A DNA stretch of 64,000 nt from Candidatus Amunia macphersoniae. Lineage in GTDB: Bacteria; Chloroflexota; Dormibacteria; Aeolococcales; Aeolococcaceae. Both the position numbers and the translations under genes were made by a program. The stretch is taken from the NCBI GenBank assembly GCA_016464795.1, contig JAEKNN010000026.1, forward strand, positions 5,059-69,058, read 5' to 3'. Every line of letters begins with the position of its first letter. Within the stretch, counting starts at the first letter, position 1. The notes under the pieces are model-generated. The model was not told where the DNA came from. It saw nothing but the letters and a program-made list of their open reading frames with translations, and did no database searches. This document shows, in pieces, positions 19,451 to 29,219 of the stretch.

Positions 19451-19605
19451 GAGACCGTGCGGTGATGATACCCCCGGTGTGACAGGCGGTCAACGAGCGT
19501 AGGCGATTCGTCACATCATTGACAGGAATGCCTCCCCTATACTCCGGCGTCTCATTGGGGACCGGGGCGTGTGCCCCGACGCTGCCGCCGAGGTCTTCAC
19601 CGACG

Positions 19606-20067
19606 ATGGACAAACCAGTTCTCCTGACGCCTGAGGGCCAGCAGAAGCTCGCCGCTGAGCTCGAAGAGCTGCGCACGGTTCGTCGCGCGGAGATTGCGGA
19701 GCGCATCAAGTACGCCAAGGACTTCGGCGACATCTCGGAGAACGCCGAGTACGAGGACGCCAAGAACGAGCAGGGAATGGTCGAGGGCCGCATCCTCACC
19801 CTGGAGAACATGCTCCGCAACGTGGTCACCATCGAGGAGTCGAAAGACAGCAGCGTGGTGCGCATCGGCGCCGAGGTGGAGCTCAAGGACGAGTTCGGCA
19901 AACAGGTCTTCACCATTGTCGGCCCGGCGGAGGTCGATGTCGCCAGCGGACGCATATCGATGGAGTCCCCCGTCGGCAAGGCCGTGCTCGGGCATCGCAC
20001 CGGGGAATCCGTCGACGTGCAGAGTCCGGGAGGACCACGCCGCGTCAAGATCGTCCGCGTCTCCTGA
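19606..20067 (+). CDS. greA: Transcription elongation factor GreA (start at internal Met MDKPVLLTPEG)
   Basis: Coiled-coil N-domain LTPEGQQKLAAELEELRTVRRAEIAERIKYAKDFGDISENAEYEDAK, FKBP-like C-domain; 153 aa. Confidence 0.9.
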   Translation: MDKPVLLTPEGQQKLAAELEELRTVRRAEIAERIKYAKDFGDISENAEYEDAKNEQGMVEGRILTLENMLRNVVTIEESKDSSVVRIGAEVELKDEFGKQVFTIVGPAEVDVASGRISMESPVGKAVLGHRTGESVDVQSPGGPRRVKIVRVS

Positions 20068-20088
20068 GCCGCGGCGCGAAAGGACGCC

Positions 20089-21696
20089 ATGCCCGCTGAT
20101 GACCTGATCGCTGAGCGCCGACGCAAGCTCGACCAGCTTGCCGTCCTCGGCGTGCCTTCCCACAACGTCGACTTCACTCCCACGGAGACCCTCGACGGCG
20201 CTCGACGGCTGCTCGCCAGGATGGAAGTTGACAGCTCCGGTGCGTCGGCGGCGGACGAGGCTCCGGACGGACCGGAGGTCCGCGTCGCGGGGCGCGTGAT
20301 GCAGTACCGGTTGCAGGGCAAGAGCTGTTTCGTGCACGTCGAGGATGAGGGAGAGCGCATGCAGGTGTGGCTGCGACTCGACCGCCTCGGCGACGATGAG
20401 TTCGCGGTGGTGCGCCTGCTCGACCTTGGCGACATCATCGGGGTGCGCGGCAACCTCATGCGCACCCGGCGCGGCGAGCCGACAGTGCTCGCCTCCGCGC
20501 TGACCCTTCTGGTGAAGTCGTTGCAACCGCCGCCGGAGAAGTTTCACGGCCTGCAGGATCAGGAGACACGATATCGCAAGCGCTACCTCCACCTTCTCAG
20601 CAGTGCAGCGCAGCGTCGTCACTTCGCCGCGCGCACCACGGTGGTGCGCTCGTTGCGAAGAACTCTGGACAACCGCGGCTTCATGGAGGCGGAGACACCA
20701 ATCCTGCAGCCCATCCCGGGCGGTGGCCATGCCCTTCCTTTCGTCACCCACTGGAACGCATTGCATGCTGACGTCTACCTGCGCATCGCCATCGAGCTGC
20801 ACCTCAAGCGGCTGCTGGTCGGCGGATACCGGCGCGTCTACGAGATCGGACGAGTGTTCCGCAACGAGGGCCTGTCGCCTCGGCACAATCCCGAGTTCAC
20901 CATGCTCGAGGCGTACGAGGCGTACACGGACTACCACGGCATGCGCGAGCTGACCGAGAGCCTCATTGTGGATGCGGCAAATGCCTTGGGACCCCAGCAG
21001 ATCCCTGAGCAGGACGGAGGCACGTTCCCCTGCGATGACCCGCTGCGTCGCAGCTTCGGAGGCCGCGAGCTGTCCTTGACACCGCCGTTCCGCTGCGAAC
21101 GGATGGTGGACCTCGTCGCCCAGGCGTGTGACTTCAACCCTGTCGAGGCCTGGGACGACCTGCCCGAGCGCGCGCATGCGCTCGGCGCACCGGTGCCGAT
21201 CGGGGCCGGCGCCGGTGCGGCCCTGCTGGCGATCTACGAGCATCGCGTCGAGCCTGAGCTGTGGGATCCCACCTTCGTGCTCGACTACCCGGCGGAGGTG
21301 TCCCCCTTGGCCCGCAAGCGCCGCGACGATCAGCGCTTCGTGGAGCGCTTCGAGCTGGTGGTGGCGGGACGCGAGGTCGCCAACGCCTTCAGCGAGCTCA
21401 ACGACCCTCTGGACCAGAGGCAACGCTTCGAGGAACAGGCCAGCCTCCGCGCCGCCGGCGACGACGAGGCCTTCCCGCTCGACGAGGATTTCCTCGAGGC
21501 GATCGAGGTTGGCATGCCACCGGCGGGCGGCCTGGGCATCGGCGTCGACCGGCTGGTGATGCTGCTCACCGACGCCGCCACGATCCGCGACGTGCTCCTC
21601 TTCCCGACCATGCGGCCCCGCCACCGCGAGGAGGCATCCGCCGAGGACGTGAACCAGTCGTCGCCACCGAGCGCAGAGGACAGCGAGAGGCCGTGA
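20089..21696 (+). CDS. lysS: Lysine--tRNA ligase (class II)
   Basis: OB-fold anticodon-binding N-terminus, class II motifs [36 protein letters not shown]; 535 aa. Confidence 0.95.
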   Translation: MPADDLIAERRRKLDQLAVLGVPSHNVDFTPTETLDGARRLLARMEVDSSGASAADEAPDGPEVRVAGRVMQYRLQGKSCFVHVEDEGERMQVWLRLDRLGDDEFAVVRLLDLGDIIGVRGNLMRTRRGEPTVLASALTLLVKSLQPPPEKFHGLQDQETRYRKRYLHLLSSAAQRRHFAARTTVVRSLRRTLDNRGFMEAETPILQPIPGGGHALPFVTHWNALHADVYLRIAIELHLKRLLVGGYRRVYEIGRVFRNEGLSPRHNPEFTMLEAYEAYTDYHGMRELTESLIVDAANALGPQQIPEQDGGTFPCDDPLRRSFGGRELSLTPPFRCERMVDLVAQACDFNPVEAWDDLPERAHALGAPVPIGAGAGAALLAIYEHRVEPELWDPTFVLDYPAEVSPLARKRRDDQRFVERFELVVAGREVANAFSELNDPLDQRQRFEEQASLRAAGDDEAFPLDEDFLEAIEVGMPPAGGLGIGVDRLVMLLTDAATIRDVLLFPTMRPRHREEASAEDVNQSSPPSAEDSERP

Positions 21697-22949
21697 TCCC
21701 GCTGCAGCGACTCCGAGACGACCCGCAAGCAATCAGTGACGGCGCGCGACTGAAGGGAGAGGACGCCCCCGTCGACGAGATTCTCGGGCTCGACACCAAC
21801 GCGCGGCGGTTGCGAACCGAGGTGGAATCCTTGCGCGCCGAGCAGAAGCGCGCATCCTCCGAGATACGTGGTGCACCGACGGACGACCAACGCAGCACTC
21901 TGGCCGCCGTCAAGCAGCGCATTCAGGCGGGTGAGGCGGAGCTTGTGGGGTTGGACACGCGCATCGAGGAGCTGCTGCTGCACGTCCCCAATCCACCGCA
22001 CCAGTCGGTGCCCCACGGTTCCGATGAACAGGGCAACGTGGTGGTGCGCACCTGGGGCACGCCGGCGACCCTCGACTTCGACCCGCGGGCCCACTTCGAC
22101 ATCGGCGAGTCGCTGGGACTGTTCGACTTCGAGCGAGCGGTGAAGATCAGCGGCTCGCGATTCGCCGTTCTGCGCGGCGATGGGGCGCGGCTGCAGCGTG
22201 CCTTGATCACGCTCTTCCTCGACATGGCAACGCTCGAGCATGGATACAGCGAGATCGCCCCACCCTACCTGGTGCGCAGGGAAGCGATGGTGGGCGCGGC
22301 TCAGCTGCCGAAGTTCGAGGACCAGGCCTACAAGACCGACGACGATCTCTTCCTCATCCCCACCGCCGAGGTGCCGGTGACCAACCTCTACCGCGACGAG
22401 ATCCTCGACGGCGCGCTGCTGCCGATCGCCCACGCTGCGTTCACCCCGTGCTGGCGCCGCGAGGCGGGGGCTGCGGGCAGGGACACGCGCGGCTACATCC
22501 GCATGCATCAGTTCGACAAGGTGGAGATGGTGCGCTTCACCACGCCCGAGCGGTCACTCGACGAGCTCGAGCTGATCACCGGTCACGCGGAGGCGATTCT
22601 TCAGCGCCTGCGCATCGCCTACCGGGTGCTGCTGATGTGCACCGGGGACATGGGCTTCGCGCAGTGGAAGAAGTACGACGTCGAAGCCTGGGCGCCGGGG
22701 ATGAAGCGCTGGCTCGAGGTGTCCTCGTGCAGCGTCTTCGGCGACTTCCAAGCACGCCGGGCAGGAATCCGCTTTCGCGCGGCGGCGGGAGAGCGACCGC
22801 GATTCGTCCACACCCTGAACGGCAGCGGCCTGGCGGTGCCCCGCACCCTCGACGCCGTGCTGGAGACGTACCAGCAGGCGGATGGCACGGTGGTGATCCC
22901 GGAGGCGCTGCGTGCCTACATGGGTGGACAGGAACGAATCGGCGGATGA
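21693..22949 (+). CDS. serS: Serine--tRNA ligase
   Basis: GTG start overlapping lysS stop (GTGA); coiled-coil N-arm, class II motifs FRREAGAAGRDTRGYIRMHQFDKVEM, TLNGSGLAVPR; ~418 aa. Confidence 0.95.
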   Translation: MIPLQRLRDDPQAISDGARLKGEDAPVDEILGLDTNARRLRTEVESLRAEQKRASSEIRGAPTDDQRSTLAAVKQRIQAGEAELVGLDTRIEELLLHVPNPPHQSVPHGSDEQGNVVVRTWGTPATLDFDPRAHFDIGESLGLFDFERAVKISGSRFAVLRGDGARLQRALITLFLDMATLEHGYSEIAPPYLVRREAMVGAAQLPKFEDQAYKTDDDLFLIPTAEVPVTNLYRDEILDGALLPIAHAAFTPCWRREAGAAGRDTRGYIRMHQFDKVEMVRFTTPERSLDELELITGHAEAILQRLRIAYRVLLMCTGDMGFAQWKKYDVEAWAPGMKRWLEVSSCSVFGDFQARRAGIRFRAAAGERPRFVHTLNGSGLAVPRTLDAVLETYQQADGTVVIPEALRAYMGGQERIGG

Positions 22950-23446
22950 CCGATGCGGGGGCGGAGGCGCTCGACGACGCCTGGTTGAACGACAGCACCG
23001 ACTACCAGCTCAACTTCGTGCACGGGCTGCGCAACCCGAGCGGCCTGCACCTCCAGTACCACCTCGAGGGCGATCACGTGGTGACGGCGTGGACGCCCGA
23101 TCACAACCATGCTGGCTTCCCCGGTTTCGTCCATGGCGGTCTGATCGCCGCGGTGCTCGACGACGTGATGGGGCGATGCTCGGTGCTGCAACGACGGTGG
23201 GTGGTGACGGGAAGGATGGAGACGCGATTCCGCGCAGGTGCGCCGATCGGCGCGCACCTGCGGGTCGAGGGGTGGATGACCAGGTTGACGCGGCGGGGGA
23301 TGCTGGCTGAGTCGGCGCTGAGATCCGAGAACGGCGTGGTGCTGGCGCAAGCCAGCGGGACGTACCTGTCGATTCCGCGGACCCTGATCGACCGCATGGT
23401 CAACTCATGGCCGGGATTCGCCGAGTTCGCCGCGGGCGACGCCTGA
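22946..23446 (+). CDS. PaaI/hotdog-fold thioesterase
   Basis: ATG overlaps serS stop; GFVHGGLIAAVLDDVMG motif of PaaI-family thioesterases; ~166 aa. Confidence 0.75.
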   Translation: MTDAGAEALDDAWLNDSTDYQLNFVHGLRNPSGLHLQYHLEGDHVVTAWTPDHNHAGFPGFVHGGLIAAVLDDVMGRCSVLQRRWVVTGRMETRFRAGAPIGAHLRVEGWMTRLTRRGMLAESALRSENGVVLAQASGTYLSIPRTLIDRMVNSWPGFAEFAAGDA

Positions 23447-24072
23447 TGGGCGCTCCACAGCATGGGCAGCATGCGGGCACCGACGAGCGCGAGGTGAAGC
23501 TGGCGGTCGCGGAGGGCTTCGTCCTGCCTCGCCTCGACCAGCTCGACGCCGTGACGGTTGTGGACAGAGGTGACCAGATGCTGGACGCCGCCTACTGGGA
23601 CACCACTGACCTGGCGCTGGCGAACGCGGGAGTCGGAGTGCGCCATCGCAACGGGGTGTGGACGTTCAAGGGGCGATCGCGTCGTGAACGGGATGCGGTG
23701 GTGCGCGAGGAGTTGGAGATCGAGGGCCATCCCGCAAGCTTCCCCCCCCAGCTGCGCGAGCGTCTCAGCGAGTGGGCGGCCGTCGGCGCCCTCCAGCAGG
23801 TGGCACGGTTGCGCACCAGGCGCCACCAGGTGGATGTCCAGTCCAGCACCGGTTCGGCCGAGCTGGTCCACGACCGCGTCAGCATTCTCGACGGCGAGCG
23901 CCAGATCGGTCGGTTCGAGGAGGTGGAGGTGGAGTATCCGCTCGGCAGCGAGACGCTTGCCGACAGGCTGGTGGCGCTGCTGGTCGACCACGGCGCCACC
24001 CGTGACAGCACGGCCAAGTACGTTCGGGCTCTCCGCGCCCTCGGCCATCATCCCCCGGAGGTGATGCTCTGA
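23446..24072 (+). CDS. CYTH-domain protein (triphosphate tunnel metalloenzyme family)
   Basis: N-terminal EREVKLAV motif (ExExK signature of CYTH), ~208 aa; ATG overlaps upstream stop (TGATG). Confidence 0.65.
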   Translation: MGAPQHGQHAGTDEREVKLAVAEGFVLPRLDQLDAVTVVDRGDQMLDAAYWDTTDLALANAGVGVRHRNGVWTFKGRSRRERDAVVREELEIEGHPASFPPQLRERLSEWAAVGALQQVARLRTRRHQVDVQSSTGSAELVHDRVSILDGERQIGRFEEVEVEYPLGSETLADRLVALLVDHGATRDSTAKYVRALRALGHHPPEVML

Positions 24073-24083
24073 GCAACGACGCT

Positions 24084-25226
24084 GTGTGGGGCATCGCCGC
24101 GCCCCTGGGCCAGTCGCCCCGCGCGCTGCCGCACCGTGCCGACGTGGTCATCGTCGGCGGAGGGATCACCGGCGTAACCCTGCTCGGACTGCTTGGTCAG
24201 CGCCACGTCGATGCGGTGCTGGTGGAACGTGATCAGATCGCAGCCGGCGCCAGCGGGCGCAACGCGGGCTTTCTGCTCGCCGGTGTCGCCGAGAACTACG
24301 CCCGAGCCGTCCACATCTACGGTCGCGATGTTGCAAGGGCCGTTTGGGAGTTCACGCTCGAGAACCATGCATTGACCGCCGCCGCGGTGGAGCGCATCGA
24401 CGCCGGCTACCAGCGCCGGGGCAGCCTCACCGCAGCTCTCGACGCCTCCGAGGCGGCCTGTCTGGAGGAGGCCGCCACGCTGCTCGTCGAGGACGGCTTC
24501 GCGGCGGAGCTGGGCGGCGGCCGCGGGCTGCGCGATGCTCGGCTGACGCTCTTCAACCCGGCCGACGGGGAGATCGATCCGGTGCGCCTGGTCCACGGGC
24601 TGGCGGTGGCCCACTCCGACCGCATTTTCCAGCACTGTCCGGTGGTTGCTGTCGAGGATGGCCACAACAGCGCGAACGTCGGGGTCGACGGTGGCGGCTC
24701 GATCGAGGCGGGGGCGGTGGTCGTCGCCACCAATGGATGGACAGCGCAGTTGCTGCCCGCCGTCCCGATCCGGCCGGTGCGCGCCCAGATGCTCGCCACC
24801 GCGCCCGCTGCCGGCGTGGTCAGCTGGCCGGTGTATGCGGAGTGGGGGCATAGGTACTGGCGGCAGCGCGACGACGGCGTCGTGCTCGTCGGCGGATTCC
24901 GCAACCGGGCGTTCGCCGACGAGGTGGGATATGACGGCACCCCGACCGCGCCCATCCAGAGATGTCTCGACAGCCAGCTGAGCCACTTGGGCGTGGAGGC
25001 GGCGGTGACCCATCGGTGGGCCGGGATCATGGGATTCAGTGACGACGGCCTGCCGCTGGTGGGCATCGTCCCGGGCTGTCGTCGGGTGCACGTGTGCGGG
25101 GGATACACGGGCCACGGCATGGGCTTTGCCATCAACGCCGCCAGGGCATCGGTGGGTCAGCTGCTCGATTCGCAGGCGCTCCCGCCCTGGCTCGACATCA
25201 CCCGGGTGGCGGCGCTCACGCAGTAG
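24084..25226 (+). CDS. FAD-dependent oxidoreductase (DAO/glycine-oxidase-like)
   Basis: ADVVIVGGGITGVTLLGLL dinucleotide-binding N-terminus, ...GYTGHGMG... C-terminus; 380 aa. Confidence 0.8.
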   Translation: MWGIAAPLGQSPRALPHRADVVIVGGGITGVTLLGLLGQRHVDAVLVERDQIAAGASGRNAGFLLAGVAENYARAVHIYGRDVARAVWEFTLENHALTAAAVERIDAGYQRRGSLTAALDASEAACLEEAATLLVEDGFAAELGGGRGLRDARLTLFNPADGEIDPVRLVHGLAVAHSDRIFQHCPVVAVEDGHNSANVGVDGGGSIEAGAVVVATNGWTAQLLPAVPIRPVRAQMLATAPAAGVVSWPVYAEWGHRYWRQRDDGVVLVGGFRNRAFADEVGYDGTPTAPIQRCLDSQLSHLGVEAAVTHRWAGIMGFSDDGLPLVGIVPGCRRVHVCGGYTGHGMGFAINAARASVGQLLDSQALPPWLDITRVAALTQ

Positions 25227-26277
25227 CGGAGCGGACCTCGATCCAGGCCGGCAGGGCGACCACGAACGTGGTCCCTCGCCCCACCTCGGACTCGACGCGG
25301 ATCGTTCCATGGTGAGCGGCAACCACATGCCGGGCGATCGCCAGCCCCAGCCCGGAGCCTTCGCCGTCGCGCCGCCGCGAGCTGTCGGCCTTCCAGAACC
25401 GCTCGAAGATGCGCGGCAGGTCGTCAGACCTGATGCCCACCCCGGTGTCGGTGCAGCGCAACTCCACGGTGCCGTCACAGGTGGCGGCCGCGACCGTGAT
25501 GGTGCCACGAGCTGAGGTGAATTTCACAGCGTTGTGGACCAGGTTGCGGAGCACGTGCTGGAGGTGGGCGACGTCGCCGCGGATCGGGGGGATGTCATCG
25601 GGGACGTCGAACACCAGGTTGATCTGCTTCTCGTCGATGAGCGGGCGCAGGCGGTCGATGGCGATCAGCAGGTCGACCACTGGCACGGCCTCATCGGGCA
25701 TGGGATGCTGCTCGCCCTCCAGCGCGCTCAGCTCCAGCAGTTCCTCGACCATCTGGGTCATCTGTTCGACCTCGAGGCCGATCCGGTTGACGAACTCCTG
25801 GGCCGCCGGGCCGTCCTCGAGCGCCCCCGCCAGAAGAGTCTCGGCCATCACCCGCATGGCGGCGAGCGGGGTGCGCAGCTCGTGGGAGACGTTGCTGATG
25901 AAGTCGCGGCGCATCTTCTCGAGATGCCGCACACGGGTCTCGTTGCGCACCCAGACGAGCACTCCACGTCCGGGCCGGCTGACACCTCGCGCGCGAACGG
26001 AGAGCTCCCGGTCAGCTGAGGTCCAGTGGCGTTCCACGACCTCGTCGGTGGAGCCGGCCGCCGCAAGCATGCGTACCAGTCGGAAGTCCGCATGGCACTC
26101 GGTGACGGCGCAGCCCACCGCGCCATCGCGCAGGTCGAGGTGTCGCAGGGCGGTCGCAGAGGCGAACCGGATGACGCCATCCTCGTCGACCAGCAGGAGC
26201 CCTTCCTCGGAGCCTTCCAGCACTTCGGCAAGTGCTTGCGCGAGCGGCATCGATGCTGTCCACTCCCCGTTCTCCAC
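25216..26277 (-). CDS. Sensor histidine kinase, cytoplasmic PAS-HisKA-HATPase architecture (no predicted TM segment); Pho-system-associated by position
   Basis: PAS-like N-terminus, H-box FISNVSHELRTPL, N/G boxes LRNLVHNAVKFT...DTGVGI...GSGLGLAI; divergent from pstS. Confidence 0.85.
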   Translation of the reverse strand: MENGEWTASMPLAQALAEVLEGSEEGLLLVDEDGVIRFASATALRHLDLRDGAVGCAVTECHADFRLVRMLAAAGSTDEVVERHWTSADRELSVRARGVSRPGRGVLVWVRNETRVRHLEKMRRDFISNVSHELRTPLAAMRVMAETLLAGALEDGPAAQEFVNRIGLEVEQMTQMVEELLELSALEGEQHPMPDEAVPVVDLLIAIDRLRPLIDEKQINLVFDVPDDIPPIRGDVAHLQHVLRNLVHNAVKFTSARGTITVAAATCDGTVELRCTDTGVGIRSDDLPRIFERFWKADSSRRRDGEGSGLGLAIARHVVAAHHGTIRVESEVGRGTTFVVALPAWIEVRSATA

Positions 26278-26327
26278 GGGGCGAGCATAGGACGGTCCGC
26301 GCAGCGACCGCGTTCTGCCACACCACA

Positions 26328-26349
26328 GGTTAATCGGTGCTTAACCAAC
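26328..26349 (+). promoter_or_regulatory. Candidate PHO box: tandem 11-bp units GGTTAATCGGT / GCTTAACCAAC ~100 bp upstream of pstS (and ~55 bp upstream of the divergent histidine kinase)
   Basis: Motif family G[GC]TTAA[GCT] / GTCAAG with 11-bp phasing recurs upstream of the phosphoesterase genes in this window (40062, 46593, 49040, 52362). Confidence 0.45.
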
Positions 26350-26444
26350 CCGAAAACAGTCGACAACGCTGGCTGCGCCAGCATGGCCGAAGTTCCACAG
26401 GGCCATGCAGGGTCCGCCGTAACCGCGTGCTGAGGAGAGGGAAG

Positions 26445-27362
26445 ATGGCTCGATCGCGAATCTATGGTGTCGGCGTCACCGTCGCCTCCATGCTGACACT
26501 CGCCGCGTGCGGCGACTCCACCAGCACGTCGAGCGGTGGTCCCGCCTCGCAGGCGGCTGTCGCCACCCCCACCCCGGTGGCCACCTGCGTGTCGGGCTCG
26601 GTCAGCGCGGACGGTTCGTCGGCCATCAAGGCGCTCATCCAGAAAGCCGCTGACAACTACCAGGCGAAGTGCTCGGGGGCGACGATCACGGTTGCGGCGA
26701 CCAACTCGTCCACCGGTGTCACCAAGGCATCCAGCGGGGCTGTCGACATCGGCGACAGTGACATCCCGGCGGGGCTGGTCCAGGGGGTCGACGCCAGCAC
26801 CATCGTCGATCATCCGGTGGCCATCGTTCTCTTCACGGTGGCGGTGAATCCCGCCGCCGGCGTCACCAACCTCTCCTCGCAGCAGCTCAAGGACATCTAC
26901 AGCGGCAAGGACACCAACTGGTCGCAGGTTGGTGGGGCGAGCCTGCCCATCTCCGTGTTCGAGCGCACCGCGGGATCAGGTACGCGATTCACATTCGACA
27001 AGGACATCATGCAGGGCGTCGACGAGACCGCCACCCCGGCGGCGGTCATCAACACCACCCAGTCTGTGGTGCAGAGCATGTCGACCACCCCAGGGGGTGT
27101 CGCCTACCTGTCCGCCTCGTCGGTGAGCAGCCCGTTGGTTGCGGTCAGCATCGACGGGACGCCGCCGAGCGGCGCCAACGTCGCCAGCGGCAAGTACCCA
27201 TTCTTCTCACATGAGCACTGCTTCACCAAGGCCCAGCCGAGCGTGCTCACACTGTCGTTCCTCCAGTACATCCAGAGCTCGACCTTCCAGACTGGCGACC
27301 TGACCACCCTGAAGTACCTCCCGCTGTCCACGACGACACGCAAGGCCGCCGTCGATCAGTAA
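26445..27362 (+). CDS. pstS: Phosphate ABC transporter substrate-binding lipoprotein
   Basis: RBS GGAGAGGGAAG + ATG; lipoprotein signal MLTLAACGDS; PBP-fold motifs ...SGSGTRF...; 305 aa. Confidence 0.9.
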   Translation: MARSRIYGVGVTVASMLTLAACGDSTSTSSGGPASQAAVATPTPVATCVSGSVSADGSSAIKALIQKAADNYQAKCSGATITVAATNSSTGVTKASSGAVDIGDSDIPAGLVQGVDASTIVDHPVAIVLFTVAVNPAAGVTNLSSQQLKDIYSGKDTNWSQVGGASLPISVFERTAGSGTRFTFDKDIMQGVDETATPAAVINTTQSVVQSMSTTPGGVAYLSASSVSSPLVAVSIDGTPPSGANVASGKYPFFSHEHCFTKAQPSVLTLSFLQYIQSSTFQTGDLTTLKYLPLSTTTRKAAVDQ

Positions 27363-27363
27363 C

Positions 27364-28341
27364 GTGCGCGCTGTGAGCACTGTTCCCAGCGCACTCGAGC
27401 CGGCGGCGCCACAATGGCGGCGCCGGCTTCGTGCGGAGCGAATCTCGCGCATCGGCTTCGCCGCAGCCGCCGGCCTCAGCCTGGTCGTGGTCGGATTGGT
27501 GATCCTCTTCCTGACCATCAATGCGTGGCCGGCATTCGTCCACATCGGGCTCGACCATTTCTTCGGATCGACGACCTGGGATCCGGAGGGGGCCAACCAC
27601 CACACCCAGAACCTTCAGCCTCTGCCCTTCTTCGGTTCGTTGACCCCGATCGCGGGCTCGGCGGTGGCGGTGATCCTGGCGCTTGTCATCGCCATCCCGG
27701 TGGGCCTGGCGCTGGCGATCATGATCGCCGAGACCAGCCGGCACGTCGGTGAGCGCGTGCTGCGGCCGGCGATCGAGCTGTTTGTCGGCGTGCCGTCGAT
27801 CGTCTACGGGTACGTGGGACTCGTCCTCCTGGTCCCGCAGCTGGAGAGATTTGCCCCGCCCGGGCAGAGCGGCCAGGGCTTCGGGGCGGCCGCTATCGTG
27901 CTCGGGGTCATGGTGGTGCCGACCATCGCCACCCTCAGCGCCGACGCTCTCCAGGCCGTGCCCAGCTCGCTGCGCGAGGGATCGATAGCGCTCGGTGCCA
28001 CGCCCTGGCAGACCCTGCGGCGGGTTCTCATCCCGGCGGCGCGCGCGGGGATCATCAGCGGCATCGTGCTCGGGCTGGCACGCGCCATGGGTGAGGCGCT
28101 CGCAGTGGCACTGGTGATCGGCGGGGTCGCCCGGCTGCCCGACCTCGCCGGAGGCCTGTCCTTCCTGCTCAAGCCGGGCATGACCATGACCACCACGATC
28201 ACTGACGGGATCAGCAACCTCGGAGCCAACCCCAAAGCGGAGGCGGCGAGGTACCTCCTGGCGCTGGTCCTGTTGGTGATCACGTTCGCGTGCGTCACGA
28301 CGGTGCGGGTGGTTCAGCGTCGCAGCGAGGTGATCACGTGA
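27364..28341 (+). CDS. pstC: Phosphate ABC transporter permease
   Basis: GTG start; multi-TM permease with EAA-like loop ...ALGATPWQTLRRVLIPAARAGIISG...; 325 aa. Confidence 0.9.
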   Translation: MRAVSTVPSALEPAAPQWRRRLRAERISRIGFAAAAGLSLVVVGLVILFLTINAWPAFVHIGLDHFFGSTTWDPEGANHHTQNLQPLPFFGSLTPIAGSAVAVILALVIAIPVGLALAIMIAETSRHVGERVLRPAIELFVGVPSIVYGYVGLVLLVPQLERFAPPGQSGQGFGAAAIVLGVMVVPTIATLSADALQAVPSSLREGSIALGATPWQTLRRVLIPAARAGIISGIVLGLARAMGEALAVALVIGGVARLPDLAGGLSFLLKPGMTMTTTITDGISNLGANPKAEAARYLLALVLLVITFACVTTVRVVQRRSEVIT

Positions 28342-29219
28342 ACAGGCGGGCCAGGGTCAACAATGCTCTCGCCTTCGGGCTGATCCGAGCCATCGCCATC
28401 GTCTTCCTGTTGCTGGTCGTCTATGTGCTCCTCTACACCGTGGTCCAGGGCTGGTCGGAGCTGACCCGCGGCGCCTTCTACACCAGCCCCCCGAGCACCG
28501 ATCACGCAGGCAGTGGCGCCGGTCCGCAGATCTTCAACACCTTCTATCTGCTCATCCTCACGGTGATCCTGACAGTGCCGTCAGGCCTCGCCGCGGGCAT
28601 CTACTTCGCGGAGTACGCCGGCACCGGGCGGTTGGTCAACGCGATCCGGCGTGCCACCGAGACTCTCGCGACGCTGCCATCGATCGTGGTGGGACTCTTT
28701 GGCTACGCCCTGTTCGTCCAGGCGACCGGCAGTCATCCCTCGCGGCTGGCTGCCTCCCTGGCACTCACAGTCATCGCGCTCCCGTATGCGGTCCGCATCA
28801 CCGAGGACGCACTGCGATCGTTGCCGACGACCTTGCGCGAATCCAGCCTGGCTCTCGGCGCCACCCGCTGGCAGACGATCACCCGGGTGTTGCTCCCGGC
28901 CGCGCTTCCCCAGCTGGTGACCGGTGTCATCCTGATCTCCGGCCGAGCCTTCGGCGAGGCCGCCGCGGTTCTCTTCACCGGCACCGTGGGCACGCCGACC
29001 GCGTACGCCAACTACAGTCTCAGCCCGTTCCTGCCCGGCGACAGCCTCGCTGTCAACCTCTACGTCTTCCGCAGCCAGGTCGAGCCAGGGACGGTTCCGG
29101 ACGCCGCAGCCTATGCTGACGGTGTGGCCGCCCTGCTGATCCTTCTGGTCTTGGTGTTCAACATCGCGGCCCGCTACGCTGCGCGGCATGCGGTGCGCCG
29201 TCTACAAGGAGCCATCTAG
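28338..29219 (+). CDS. pstA: Phosphate ABC transporter permease
   Basis: GTG overlapping pstC stop (GTGA); ...ALGATRWQTITRVLLPAALPQLVTG...; ~293 aa. Confidence 0.9.
   Translation: MNRRARVNNALAFGLIRAIAIVFLLLVVYVLLYTVVQGWSELTRGAFYTSPPSTDHAGSGAGPQIFNTFYLLILTVILTVPSGLAAGIYFAEYAGTGRLVNAIRRATETLATLPSIVVGLFGYALFVQATGSHPSRLAASLALTVIALPYAVRITEDALRSLPTTLRESSLALGATRWQTITRVLLPAALPQLVTGVILISGRAFGEAAAVLFTGTVGTPTAYANYSLSPFLPGDSLAVNLYVFRSQVEPGTVPDAAAYADGVAALLILLVLVFNIAARYAARHAVRRLQGAI

Noticed and set aside
19597-21732. 711-aa ORF on the minus strand
   Set aside because: It is antisense to greA-lysS-serS, which have unambiguous conserved motifs. Long antisense ORFs are expected in ~70% GC DNA because stop codons are rare.
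24048-25508. 486-aa minus-strand ORF
   Set aside because: It is antisense to the FAD-dependent oxidoreductase (24084-25226), whose dinucleotide-binding motif is clear on the plus strand.
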